Shown here piece by piece: positions 43,570 to 53,103 of a stretch of DNA of 64,000 nt; positions within the stretch are counted from its first letter, which is position 1, and every line of letters begins with the position of its first letter. The notes beneath the pieces are model-generated. The model saw nothing but the letters and a program-made list of their open reading frames with translations. It was not told the origin of the DNA and searched no databases. Location of the stretch: assembly GCA_963781415.1 (NCBI GenBank), contig CAWAFT010000002.1:948129-1012128 (forward strand), written 5' to 3'. A program made the translations under genes and the position numbers. This DNA comes from an uncultured Solirubrobacteraceae bacterium (GTDB lineage: Bacteria; Actinomycetota; Thermoleophilia; Solirubrobacterales; Solirubrobacteraceae).

Positions 43570-44894
43570 CAGTTGCTCGCCACCCCGCACGCGCCGACGA
43601 GCACCGGCGTCAGGCCCTGGAGGAACTCGAGCTCGGGACGCTCTTCGATGAGCTTCTCGAAGGTCGAGCACGGCGCCGCGACCGTGGTCGGGCGGAAGGT
43701 GCCGTGCGCGTCGGCCGAGGAGAAGAGCTGGACGGCCATGTGGTTGACCCAGGCCACCCAGAACAGGTAGCCCTCTTGGCGGGCGGTCCCGACCGAGGGG
43801 TCCTCGGCGCCGCCGGGGTTGTAGCCGAGCATGTTGAAGAGGTGGTTGAGGACGACGAAGCTGCCGTTCAGATCCGGGGTGGCCGACGCGATCCGTCGGG
43901 CCGCCGGGCGCAGGTCGCGCATCAGCGGACGTGCGTCGCGGACGAACGGGCGGATGTCGTCGCGCAGGACCGGCGCGATCTCCCGGGCGAACGGGATCAG
44001 CGCGTCGTTGGCGCCTTCCAGGGCCCGCGCCGCCGGGCGCAGCCGTTCCGCGGCGGGGGCGAGCACCTTGGCGAAGGTCTCCACACGGCCGAGCGTGTCG
44101 GTGGTCTGCGTGAGGGCGCCGGGCAGCTCGTCGATCGCGCTCGAGATGTTGTTCTCCTCGGAGGCGAACGCGCGCAGGACCGTGGCCGAGGAGTCCACGA
44201 GGCCCGCGAGCTGATCGGGCTCCTGAGCGAGCGTCTCGTTGAGCTTGCGCAGCGACCCGATGAGGTGGCGCAGGTTCTCCCGGCGCTGAGCGACGGCACC
44301 GTTGAAGCGGGCGAGGTCGCGATGGGTCGGCTCGAAGCGTGCCAGCAGGTCGCGCAGATCGCCGCCGCGCCCCTCGAGGCCGCGCCCGGCACCGGCCAGC
44401 AGCAGCCGGAGGTAGCTGCGCGTGTCGCCGTCGAGCATGCGCAGGATCTCGTCCGGGTTGATGTCGGGCAGCGTCGAGCGGATCGGCAGCGTCCACCCGT
44501 CGTCGGCCTCCGGGGCGCCGTCCGTGCCCGGGTCGAGGTCGATGAACATGTCCTTGAGGCCGGTCTTGGGCCGCAGCAGCGCCGTGGCATCCGTGTGCAC
44601 GAGGCCGATGTGCTCGCGGTCGAGCTGCATCTCGACGATCGCCCGCCCGTCGCGCAGCTCAACGGAGCCGATGTCGCCGATGCGCACACCCGACACCTGG
44701 ATCGTCTGTCCCTGACCGGCCGTGACGGCCTGGCCGGTGGAGAACTCGGCGTAGAGCGTGTACGGCTTGTCGTCGAGCAGCGGGAAGCGCAGCCGCTGCT
44801 TGTCGAGGATGTACAGCGACACGCCGGAGGCGATCACCAGCAGGGCGAGGATCGCGCCGATGTTGGCCGCGTTGCTGCGCAGCATCCGGATCAT
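43569..44894 (-). CDS. Mce/MlaD-family protein, 5th gene
   Basis: The N-terminus is MIRMLRSNAANIGAILALLVIASGV. The MlaD domain is YTLYAEFSTGQAVTAGQGQTIQVSGVRIGDI. It has an ATGA overlap with the upstream gene. Confidence 0.85.
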   Translation of the reverse strand: MIRMLRSNAANIGAILALLVIASGVSLYILDKQRLRFPLLDDKPYTLYAEFSTGQAVTAGQGQTIQVSGVRIGDIGSVELRDGRAIVEMQLDREHIGLVHTDATALLRPKTGLKDMFIDLDPGTDGAPEADDGWTLPIRSTLPDINPDEILRMLDGDTRSYLRLLLAGAGRGLEGRGGDLRDLLARFEPTHRDLARFNGAVAQRRENLRHLIGSLRKLNETLAQEPDQLAGLVDSSATVLRAFASEENNISSAIDELPGALTQTTDTLGRVETFAKVLAPAAERLRPAARALEGANDALIPFAREIAPVLRDDIRPFVRDARPLMRDLRPAARRIASATPDLNGSFVVLNHLFNMLGYNPGGAEDPSVGTARQEGYLFWVAWVNHMAVQLFSSADAHGTFRPTTVAAPCSTFEKLIEERPELEFLQGLTPVLVGACGVASN

Positions 44895-46444
44895 GGCGCG
44901 CTCCTGGCGTCGGCCATCCGGTCGAGCAGCCCGGAGGTCACGTCGGTGTCGAGCACGTCGAAGGTCTTGCCGAGCCCCTCGACCTTGAGCTGCTTGCGCA
45001 GCCAGTCGACCGCGCGCGACTTGGCGAGCTCGTAGCGGGCCTGGTACGCCGGGGTCGAGACGTCGATCCGGCGCTGCGGCGGCGGGGCGCCGGGAATCGA
45101 GTCGAGGTTCGGTGCCTCCTGGGTCTCGCACGGCACGCGCGGCTTGATGGGCGGCCGGGCGTCGGGCCTCGGCGGGTTCGCTCCGCCGATCGGCAGCGGG
45201 ACCGCTGCGAAGACGCCCGGCTTGAGCGTGACGAGGTTCGGACCGCCCGCCGCCAGGATCCGGAACCACTGGCCGTTGGCGTCGCCCGAACGGCTCTCTC
45301 CGGCCAGGCCCGGGAGCGCACGGGTCGCCTCTTCATAGACCGGGACCTGGGCGGGGAAGTTGGGGTCTCCGACCTCGTCCTTGGTCCAGGGCAGGATGAC
45401 CTCGTTCTGGCACGACGAGGCCAGCCGCACGTTCTCGTACAGCGGGACGCTGCGCTTGGCCAGCCGTGCGAGGTGCGGGACGGTCGGGCGGAGGTCGGCG
45501 AGCAGGCCGCGCAATTCCGGCTTGGACACGAGGCCGCGCAGCTGCTCGATGAGCGGCGTCCCCGCCCGCAGCGCCGGCACCGACGAGCGCACGCCCGGCC
45601 GCAGGTCCTGTGCCAGGGCGCGCAGGGGCGGGAAGGCGACGTTGAGAGCGCCGAGCGCGGGTTGGGCCGCGCGCAGCGTCCGCGGCAACTCCGCGACGGC
45701 GGCTCGCAGGTTGCTCTCGCTGCGGGCGAAGGCTCCAGCGGTGGTGTCGAAGTCCTCGATCAGAGCCTTGAGCTGGCTCGGGCTGCGGTCGAGCGCCGCC
45801 ACGACGCGGCCCGCCGAGGACAGGTACCGCGACAGGTCGTGCTCGGCCTCGCCGAGCGAGGCGTCCGCCACGATCGAGGAGTCGCGGTAGGCCGGCTTCC
45901 AGTAGCGCAGGCTGCGCCGGTAGCCGCGCGCACCTTTACCGGCCAGCCCCTTCGCGTACTCGCGCAGCACCGTCTGCAGATCGGCGCGCGTGTCGGACTG
46001 CAGTGCGGTCAGGACCTCGTCGAGTTGGACGGGGGTGCTCGTCTGGCTGACCGGGATGACGTCGCCGTCGTCGAGCACCGGAGCCGAGGGGGTGCCCGGT
46101 TGCAGATCGACGAAGAAGTTGCCCTCCAGGAAGATGCGGGGCCGGATGGAGGCCCGGGCATCGGCGTGGATGGGCTGGCCCTGGTCGGAGATCTCGAGGA
46201 CGACGACTGCCCCGTCGGCCCCCTGGCGCTCCACCGCCGTCACCTTGCCGACGCCCACGCCGGCGATCCGCACGGGGGAGTTGGGCCGCAGGTTGTTCGA
46301 GGTCTTGAAGGCGGCCCGCAGCTCGAACGGGTTGGCGAACGGGTTGGCCTTGGTGAAGCCGAAGTAGCAGGCGGCGACGACGACGATCAGCGCCACCACG
46401 CCGATCGTGGCGTCGGAGATCCGGGGTCGATCGCGCCTGGTCAC
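44891..46444 (-). CDS. Mce/MlaD-family protein, 4th gene
   Basis: GTG 46444 lies in a GTGA overlap. It has a TM segment (IGVVALIVVVAACYF) and an MlaD domain (FELRAAFKTSNNLRPNSPVRIAGVGVGKV). Confidence 0.85.
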   Translation of the reverse strand: MTRRDRPRISDATIGVVALIVVVAACYFGFTKANPFANPFELRAAFKTSNNLRPNSPVRIAGVGVGKVTAVERQGADGAVVVLEISDQGQPIHADARASIRPRIFLEGNFFVDLQPGTPSAPVLDDGDVIPVSQTSTPVQLDEVLTALQSDTRADLQTVLREYAKGLAGKGARGYRRSLRYWKPAYRDSSIVADASLGEAEHDLSRYLSSAGRVVAALDRSPSQLKALIEDFDTTAGAFARSESNLRAAVAELPRTLRAAQPALGALNVAFPPLRALAQDLRPGVRSSVPALRAGTPLIEQLRGLVSKPELRGLLADLRPTVPHLARLAKRSVPLYENVRLASSCQNEVILPWTKDEVGDPNFPAQVPVYEEATRALPGLAGESRSGDANGQWFRILAAGGPNLVTLKPGVFAAVPLPIGGANPPRPDARPPIKPRVPCETQEAPNLDSIPGAPPPQRRIDVSTPAYQARYELAKSRAVDWLRKQLKVEGLGKTFDVLDTDVTSGLLDRMADARSAP

Positions 46445-47964
46445 GGGCCGAACTCCGAGACGTAGAGCTCCCGGCCGGGGCCGGTCTCCGGCCGGCGCGT
46501 GAAGGTCTGCCCCGCCGGCACGCGATCGCGCCCCGTGTAGGTCGGACCCTGGGCGCCGGGGCTGTTCGCGTCGACCTGGACGCGGTAGAACGGCTTGAGG
46601 TTGCGGGCGTTGCGGTAGAGGAAGCCGCGCTGTCCGACCTCGCAGTCGGCCGCGCCGTTCTCGGTGATCGCCGCGCCGTAGGCCGGCCCGTGGAAGTACT
46701 GGGCGTTGCCCTCGCGCACGTCACGCCCGTTCGCGAGTCCGTTCGCGCCCATGGAGCCGAGGCTGTCGTCCTGGCGGCCGGCGGAGTTCAGCAGCGCGCG
46801 CTGGGCGGTGCCGGTCGTGTCGGGCTCGGAGAAGTGCTCGGCGACCTGGACCCAGAAGTAGTTCCAGTAGTTGCACACGGTCTGGTACGGGCCGAGGAAG
46901 CGAACCGTCGGGTTGAGCGTGTCGACCGTCGCCGTCAGGCCGCGCAGGGCGAAGCCCGTCGTTGGCGCCGACGAGAGGTCGTCGAGTTGGGCGAGCGTGC
47001 GGCCGAGGCGCTCGTTGGTGTCGACGAAGTCGCGCTGGACGTCGATGCCGCTGTCGACCGCCGCGTTGAGGTCGGGCAGGGCGGCGCGCAGCTCTCCCGT
47101 CGCGACCTCGAAGTCCTCGCTGAAGGCCGCGAAGTCACGCAGGAAGGGCCGCTGGACGCGCAGCGACTCCGTCGACACGTCGAGGGTCGACGGGCCCTTC
47201 TCGATGAACGCCTTCAGGCGCTCCGGGTCGCGGTCGATCGCCGCGAAGGTGTCGGCCATGGTGGTGAACAGGCGGGCCTGGGTCTTCGACACCGGCGCGA
47301 GCGCCCGCGCCGTGTCGGCGAGGCCGTCCACGAACCCGCGCAGGTCGGTCGCGTCTGCGGCGATCATGCGCGCCACCGGTTCGAGGTGCTCGAACAGGCG
47401 CGGGAGCTCACCGATCGTGGTGCCGAGATCGTCGCCCCGGAACGCGAGCGCGTTGCCGAAGCCGAGCAGGTTCCCGCGGCTGGCGTCACGCGTCGGCTCG
47501 TCGAAGATGTTGAAGAAGTCGTCGAGCTCGACCGGCACCTTCGTCTGCCCCACCGGCACCGTGTCCCCGGACGCGAGCGCCTGCGGTTCGGTCCCGAGCA
47601 CGAGGTCGACGTACTTGAGCCCGAGCGCTGAGCGGTTGCGCACGATGACCCGCGTGTCGCGGGAGATCTCCCCGACCGACTTGTCGAGCTTGAGCGTCAG
47701 GTCGGCGCCCGTCTCGCCGTCGCCGATCGGCACGGGCACGACGTCGGTCACGACGCCCACGCGGAAGCCGCCCGACCGGACCTCGTTGCCGTTGACGACG
47801 TTCGAGCCGTCGCGGAGCTGGACGTGCAGCTCGGTTGTCGGGACGAACGGCAGGCCGTTGTTGGCGTTGTAGGCCAAGAAGACCGCGACGAGCGTCACGA
47901 GCATGGTCACCGCGCCCACGAGAACCGGGTTCGCCAGGGCGGATGAGCGGTTGCGGCGACTCAT
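46441..47964 (-). CDS. Mce/MlaD-family protein, 3rd gene
   Basis: The N-terminus is MSRRNRSSALANPVLVGAVTMLVTLVAVFL. The MlaD domain is ELHVQLRDGSNVVNGNEVRSGGFRVGVV. It has an ATGA overlap. The upstream 125 aa of the listed 632-aa ORF were rejected. Confidence 0.85.
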   Translation of the reverse strand: MSRRNRSSALANPVLVGAVTMLVTLVAVFLAYNANNGLPFVPTTELHVQLRDGSNVVNGNEVRSGGFRVGVVTDVVPVPIGDGETGADLTLKLDKSVGEISRDTRVIVRNRSALGLKYVDLVLGTEPQALASGDTVPVGQTKVPVELDDFFNIFDEPTRDASRGNLLGFGNALAFRGDDLGTTIGELPRLFEHLEPVARMIAADATDLRGFVDGLADTARALAPVSKTQARLFTTMADTFAAIDRDPERLKAFIEKGPSTLDVSTESLRVQRPFLRDFAAFSEDFEVATGELRAALPDLNAAVDSGIDVQRDFVDTNERLGRTLAQLDDLSSAPTTGFALRGLTATVDTLNPTVRFLGPYQTVCNYWNYFWVQVAEHFSEPDTTGTAQRALLNSAGRQDDSLGSMGANGLANGRDVREGNAQYFHGPAYGAAITENGAADCEVGQRGFLYRNARNLKPFYRVQVDANSPGAQGPTYTGRDRVPAGQTFTRRPETGPGRELYVSEFGP

Positions 47965-49517
47965 GGCGCGAGCAGGAAGTCGAGGAGGTCTTCGGGGTTC
48001 GCGTTGACCTGCGGGACGAGCGTGTCGAGTGCCTGGTCGAGCAGCGGCAGCAGTGGCTGGTCGGACTGCGGCCCGGTCGAAGGCGCCGGCGCGGCAGGTC
48101 CGTTGACGGGCACGGCCGGCCCGGTCGCCGGGCCGTTGCCATCGCGGCGGCGCCCGCGCCGTCGTGCTTGGGCCTCGCCGTCGCCGGCCTGCGCGGTCCG
48201 CGTGTTCTCCGGCTTGGTCGGGTCGGGCTGCAGGACGCCGAGCTGGTTCGGGCCGAGGTAGGCCGCGCACCGGTCCAGGAACCCGGGGTCCTTCGCCATC
48301 TCCTCCGCGAGTGACTCCTCGTTCTGGAACTCCGAGCACTCGCTCTCGAACAGGTTCGCCTTGAGGATGTAGCCATTGGCGTCGAAGATGTTGATCGCCA
48401 TCGACTGGTCGTACGTGTACTGGAGGAGACCCTCCAGGCCCGTGTAGCCCTCGCCGCCCGGAGAGCGGGGGTCGCGCTCGATCGCCCGGTCACGGCTGTC
48501 GAGGTCCTCGAGCACGATGCGGAGGTTGTTGGCCAGCTCCGGCGTCTTGACGGAGAAACGGTTGAGCTCGTCGACGACCGGGCCGGCGCTCTCGACGGCA
48601 TCCGAGCCGATCACCGAGGTCTCGCCGAGTGAGCGCAGGTTGACCTGCGTGGCCTGCGAGAAGGGAGCGAGCTGGGTGAACAGGTGCTCGAGCCGGTCGG
48701 CGGAGGCATCCAGGTCCTCGAGGGCGGGCGCCTGCGCGTCGACCGCGCGACCGAGCTCGGCCATCGTCGGGCGCAGCTCCTGCAGGAAGGCGGGCAGGCG
48801 GGCGAGGCCGGCGGCGATCTCGGCGCGGCGCTCGGCGGAGTCCGCCGCGGTGGAGCCCGCCTCGCGCACCCAGCGCGCCACGTCCCGGCGGTTGCCCGAC
48901 AGGTCGGCGAGCACGGTGTCCGCGTCCGTGACGAGGTCCCGCAGCGTCGTGTTCTGCTCGGCGAGGATCGCGAGCACCCGATCCGTCTCACGCAGAGCGG
49001 GACTCCCTCGGCGGATCGCCTCGTTGAGCTCGTCGCCGCGGGCGGCGAGGCCGACGCCGAGCTGGCTGAGGATGATCCGCAGCCGCTCGCGGTAGGGCCG
49101 CCGCATGACGTTGGCAAGGAGGTCGGCCGGCACGGTGGACCCCGTCTGTTCGATCGGGATGCGTGCGCCGCCCGGGAGCTTGTTCGGATCGGTTCCGGGC
49201 GCACAGTCGAGGTAGTACTCGCCGATGAGCGACTGCGGCCGGCTCTCGCAGAAGGCGTCCGTGCGCAGGTCGCCGAACCCGTTGTCACTGACCTCGATGT
49301 CCACGAGCGCGTTGTGCGTCTCGTCATCGAGCCGGATGTCCTTGATCGTGCCCGCGCGGACACCGGCCACCTTGAGGTCGGAACCGACGGTGAGCCCGAA
49401 GGCGTTGTCGAATTCGACGGTGTAGCGCCCGGCGGCGTTCGAGGAACCGTCGCCGCCGGCCGCGACGGCGGCGATCGTCGCCGCGGCGACCAGCACGATG
49501 AGCAGGACGCGCCTCAT
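47961..49517 (-). CDS. Mce/MlaD-family protein, 2nd gene (Pro-rich C-terminus)
   Basis: The N-terminus is MRRVLLIVLVAAATIAAVAAG. The MlaD domain is YTVEFDNAFGLTVGSDLKVAGVRAGTI. It has an ATGA overlap. Confidence 0.85.
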   Translation of the reverse strand: MRRVLLIVLVAAATIAAVAAGGDGSSNAAGRYTVEFDNAFGLTVGSDLKVAGVRAGTIKDIRLDDETHNALVDIEVSDNGFGDLRTDAFCESRPQSLIGEYYLDCAPGTDPNKLPGGARIPIEQTGSTVPADLLANVMRRPYRERLRIILSQLGVGLAARGDELNEAIRRGSPALRETDRVLAILAEQNTTLRDLVTDADTVLADLSGNRRDVARWVREAGSTAADSAERRAEIAAGLARLPAFLQELRPTMAELGRAVDAQAPALEDLDASADRLEHLFTQLAPFSQATQVNLRSLGETSVIGSDAVESAGPVVDELNRFSVKTPELANNLRIVLEDLDSRDRAIERDPRSPGGEGYTGLEGLLQYTYDQSMAINIFDANGYILKANLFESECSEFQNEESLAEEMAKDPGFLDRCAAYLGPNQLGVLQPDPTKPENTRTAQAGDGEAQARRRGRRRDGNGPATGPAVPVNGPAAPAPSTGPQSDQPLLPLLDQALDTLVPQVNANPEDLLDFLLAP

Positions 49518-50902
49518 GGCCCGGGGAGCACCTGGCTCGGGTCGCAGTCGAAGTCCTCAGACGGCCGGTAGGGCCCGGAGCCGTCGGCCGCCGGGTGCTC
49601 GGCCGAGCCGGGGCAGCGGTTGCGCTGGTTGCGCACACCACCCGAGGCGACGAAGGCCGCGTCGCGCAGTTCGGGCGGCACGGGGAACAGCTTGCCGTCG
49701 AGGAGGGCGAAGGCGTCGGCGTGTAGCGCCGGCCGTGAGATGCCGCCGAGCGCGTCGAAGACGCCGGAGTGGCTGAAATCGTCGAACCAGCCGAGCAGGT
49801 CCGGTGCGTACGGGCGAGCTGAGCCGAGCTCGGGCGCGCCGACGCGCAGCGCGCGGGCCGACGCGGGGAGCGCGCCCTCGCGGCGGGCGCCGTTGCGCCG
49901 GACGGGACCGACGGCGATGTTCGCCACCGGCACCTGCGCGCGGGTCAGCTCGACGAGGTCGTTGTCGGGGCCGGACTTGTTGATGATCGCGCTGAGGTCC
50001 GCCAGTGCCGGCCGGGCGTCCCGGGCCAGCGGGCGCAGCTGGGCGAGGAACGGACGCAGCTCGCGAGCGGCTGGCTTGGAGTCGGAGACGAGCGGGTCGA
50101 GGTCGTCGAGCGTCCCGCGCAGGTTGACGAAGGTGGTGTTCGCGCGGCGCATGAAATCCGGAAGCCGCCCGATGGCCTCGCGCAGCGGGGCCTGCTCGGC
50201 GGCCAGTGCGCTCGTCGTGGTCTCCAGGTTGCCGATCAGGCTCGTGAGCTGCACGCGCCGGTCGGCCACGTCGGTGACGAACTTGCTCGAGGACAGCACG
50301 AAACGTTCGAGCAGCCCGTTGTCGCGGTTGAGCTCGCGGAAGAACCGGCTCGAGGCCGCCAGGGCGGGGTTGAGGTACACCAATCCTGCGGCGTATTCAT
50401 CCCCGCTGTCCTCGTACTGGGCGGCGCTGCCCCGGATCACGCCGCGCAACGCCGCGCGCGTCGGCCGGTCGAGCGTGTTGAAGAGCTGATCGAGATCGAC
50501 GGCAGTCGACGTCTCCTGCTCGAAGATCGTGCCGCCGCTCGGGATCTCGGGTGCCCCCGCGGGAGCGACGCGCAGATCGAGGTAGCGGTTGGCCACGCCC
50601 GACAGGCTCGCCTGGCGGACCGTCACGAAGGTGCCCGCGCGCAGCGGCGTCGCTTCGTCGTCGAGTCGCAGCGTGACGTCCGCCCGCCCGTTCGCGGTCA
50701 GATCGATCGATTCGACCTCGCCCACGGGGTGTCCTGCGATCTGCACGAGGTTGCCCTTGACGAGCTGTGAGGCGTTGAGGAACCGCGCGTGAACGCGGTA
50801 CGGCTCCGCTCCTCCGAGCAGCGTGAAGGCGACGACGATCGTGGCGGCTATAACCGCCCCGACTGCTACGACCCGCGCCGGTCCCCATCGATACCCCCTC
50901 AC
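49514..50902 (-). CDS. Mce/MlaD-family protein, 1st gene of the operon
   Basis: Start is GTG. It has a TM segment (VVAVGAVIAATIVVAFTLL) and an MlaD domain (YRVHARFLNASQLVKGNLVQIAGHPVGEV). Confidence 0.85.
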   Translation of the reverse strand: MRGYRWGPARVVAVGAVIAATIVVAFTLLGGAEPYRVHARFLNASQLVKGNLVQIAGHPVGEVESIDLTANGRADVTLRLDDEATPLRAGTFVTVRQASLSGVANRYLDLRVAPAGAPEIPSGGTIFEQETSTAVDLDQLFNTLDRPTRAALRGVIRGSAAQYEDSGDEYAAGLVYLNPALAASSRFFRELNRDNGLLERFVLSSSKFVTDVADRRVQLTSLIGNLETTTSALAAEQAPLREAIGRLPDFMRRANTTFVNLRGTLDDLDPLVSDSKPAARELRPFLAQLRPLARDARPALADLSAIINKSGPDNDLVELTRAQVPVANIAVGPVRRNGARREGALPASARALRVGAPELGSARPYAPDLLGWFDDFSHSGVFDALGGISRPALHADAFALLDGKLFPVPPELRDAAFVASGGVRNQRNRCPGSAEHPAADGSGPYRPSEDFDCDPSQVLPGP

Positions 50903-50965
50903 TCAGCCCGGGAGTGAACTCGACCGGACCCAAGCCTGTCAATCGGCAACCGTCATCATGCAGCG

Positions 50966-51403
50966 ATGACGAAGACGCTTTACACGGCCGAGGCCACGGT
51001 GACCGGGGGCCGGATGGAGGGACACGGCGCCACCAGCGACGGTGCGCTCGAGGTCGACATCCGTGTGCCGTCCGAGCTCGGCGGGCCAGGCGGCGGCACG
51101 AATCCCGAGCAGCTCTTCGCCGTCGGGTACGCGTCCTGCTTCGAGAGCGCGCTCTCCCTGGTCGCCCGCCGCAAGAAGGTCGAGGCGGGCGATGCGTCGA
51201 TCATCTCCCGCGTGCACCTGCATCCGACCGAGGAGCGCGGCTTCAAGCTCTCCGTGTCGCTCGACGTGACCCTGCCCAGCGTCGAGGACGCCGACGTCGC
51301 CGCCGGCCTCGTGGCCACCGCGCACAAGGTGTGCCCGTACTCCAACGCGACCCGCGGCAACATCGAGGTGCTGCTGACCGTGAACGGTCGCGAGGTCGGC
51401 TAG
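50966..51403 (+). CDS. ohr: Organic hydroperoxide resistance protein Ohr (OsmC/Ohr family)
   Basis: The two catalytic Cys contexts are present (GYASCFESAL and AHKVCPYSNATRGNI). The product is 145 aa. Confidence 0.9.
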   Translation: MTKTLYTAEATVTGGRMEGHGATSDGALEVDIRVPSELGGPGGGTNPEQLFAVGYASCFESALSLVARRKKVEAGDASIISRVHLHPTEERGFKLSVSLDVTLPSVEDADVAAGLVATAHKVCPYSNATRGNIEVLLTVNGREVG

Positions 51404-52890
51404 CGCCCGCGGTGCTGGCGCAGCGCCAGCCGCGTCGTGACGCCACCGCCGGCGTCGGTGACCCTGGCCCGCACCGAGCGCCGGCGCGGGTGGCGAACCC
51501 GGTAGCGGACCGTGGTCGCCGTCCCGGCCGCGAGGCGGAACCGGCGTGCGCGCCCCGCGAGCTTGGCGACGCCATCGCAGCGTCCCGTGCCGAGCGCCGC
51601 CGGGCACGCCACCCGCAGGCGGACGCGCCGTCCCCTCACCTGCGCCGACAGGCGCACCGCGCGAGCGCGGGCGGGGCCGGCGGGCGGCAGCTCGCCGGGC
51701 AGGAACGGATCGACCGCGCCCTGCTCGAAGGAGGTCTGGAAGCCGCGGTCGGGATCGCTGGTGTCGGGGTCGGCCGTCGCCGGGGCGTCGGCCGGTGGCG
51801 TGAACGGCTCATCGGTGACGGCGCCGAGGACCCGGCGGTAGAGCTCCGCCTCCCAGTTCACTCCGGCCAGGCCGGGGTCCTGGCCGTTGCGCTCCACGAT
51901 GATCCCCTGCGTCGGGAAGACGGTCACGAGCTGCCCGAACAGGCCGGAGAACCGGTACATGTCGGCGGGCGCGTCGGGAAAGAGGCGGCGGTCGCGCACC
52001 GGACGCTCGCTGATGCGCACGCCCACGCATGGCTGCGCGGCGTTGAGCCAGATGAGATAGCCGTAGCACCCGGACTGCCGGATCGGGGTGACGGCGTCGC
52101 GCACGTACCGGCGGCTCAACAGCCGGCGGCCGTTCCAGACGCCACCGCGGCGCAGCAGCTCGCCGAGGCGCGCGTAGTCGTCGGGGCGCATCTGCACGCC
52201 GAAGAAGCCCTGGGTGTGACCGGCGCGGTCGCGCGTCCACGACCAGGAGCCCGGCAGGATCCCGATCGGCCCGAAGAGCGCGCGCTGGGCGAAGGCCTGG
52301 AAGTCCTCGCCGATCGCGCGCTGCGTGGCCTCGGCCAGCAGGGCGGGGCCACTCTGGCTGTACTCCCAGTAGGTCCCGGGCCGCTTGGTGACCGGCGTGC
52401 GGAGGGCGTCGCGGACGCGGTCGGGCATGGCGACGTCGTAGTCGCGGAAGCCGTTCCACTCGAGCCCGCTCGTCATGGTCAGCAGGTCGCGCACGGTGAT
52501 CGCACCGTGGTCGGCGTCGGCCTCGGGGATGAGCGCGCCGAGCCGGTCGTCGGGCGTGATCAGGCCCTTCGTGTAGGCGCGTCCGAAGATGAGCGAGGTG
52601 ATGGACTTCGCCATCGACCAGCTCTCGAAGGTGGTGGTGCGGTTCGCGGGCGCGCCGAGATCCTCGGCGACCAGGCAGCCGTCGCGGTAGACCCGGATCG
52701 CGAACGAGGACTGGCTCGTGCCGTAGTTCATGGCGGCAGCGAGGGCGGCGGCGTCCATTCCCGCCTCGGACGGGGTCGCGCGCTCCCATCCGTCGGCGCC
52801 GGGGACGGGCTCCGAACAGGCCTTCTCCGCTCGTGCCGGCGCGGCCAGGACCAGCATCGCCACCAGCACCGCGAGCACGCATCTGATCAT
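51400..52890 (-). CDS. Secreted beta-lactamase-fold serine hydrolase (class C/PBP4*-like) with a basic C-terminal tail
   Basis: It has a signal peptide (MIRCVLAVLVAMLVLAAPARA) and the SxxK motif (SMAKSITS). The product is about 400 aa with a serine-hydrolase fold pattern. The C-terminal about 95 aa are Arg-rich (VRGRRVRLRVACP...RYRVRHPRRRSVRARV). Confidence 0.8.
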   Translation of the reverse strand: MIRCVLAVLVAMLVLAAPARAEKACSEPVPGADGWERATPSEAGMDAAALAAAMNYGTSQSSFAIRVYRDGCLVAEDLGAPANRTTTFESWSMAKSITSLIFGRAYTKGLITPDDRLGALIPEADADHGAITVRDLLTMTSGLEWNGFRDYDVAMPDRVRDALRTPVTKRPGTYWEYSQSGPALLAEATQRAIGEDFQAFAQRALFGPIGILPGSWSWTRDRAGHTQGFFGVQMRPDDYARLGELLRRGGVWNGRRLLSRRYVRDAVTPIRQSGCYGYLIWLNAAQPCVGVRISERPVRDRRLFPDAPADMYRFSGLFGQLVTVFPTQGIIVERNGQDPGLAGVNWEAELYRRVLGAVTDEPFTPPADAPATADPDTSDPDRGFQTSFEQGAVDPFLPGELPPAGPARARAVRLSAQVRGRRVRLRVACPAALGTGRCDGVAKLAGRARRFRLAAGTATTVRYRVRHPRRRSVRARVTDAGGGVTTRLALRQHRGR

Positions 52891-52904
52891 CGACCCACCC
52901 TAGA

Positions 52905-52978
52905 TGCCCGGGGTGGGACTCGAACCCACACTGAGCGGGACTTAAATCCGCTGCCTCTGCCAGTTGGGCTACCCGGGC
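52905..52978 (-). tRNA. 74-nt tRNA with canonical cloverleaf; the anticodon as folded is UAA (nominally Leu) on a class-I body, so the isotype is uncertain
   Basis: The reverse complement is GCCCGGGTAGCCCAACTGGCAGAGGCAGCGGATTTAAGTCCCGCTCAGTGTGGGTTCGAGTCCCACCCCGGGCA. It has a 7-bp acceptor stem, G18G19, T-loop TTCGAGT, a 5-nt variable loop and A73. The anticodon arm is GCGGA-TTTAAGT-CCCGC. Confidence 0.75.
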
Positions 52979-53103
52979 GCTCTCTGCGATCGTATGAGGA
53001 AACTCTGAGTGATCACATTCAGCCGTAGGGCTGATCTCTAGGCTCAATTCGAGCAACTTCGGGGGCTGCTGCGGGTTGCAGTAGCCGGACCGGACAATCC
53101 AAC

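Noticed and set aside
50914-53028. 704-aa ORF on the plus strand spanning ohr, the hydrolase gene and the tRNA
   Set aside because: It is out of frame with ohr, antisense to the beta-lactamase-fold gene and runs through a tRNA gene. This is a compositional artefact.
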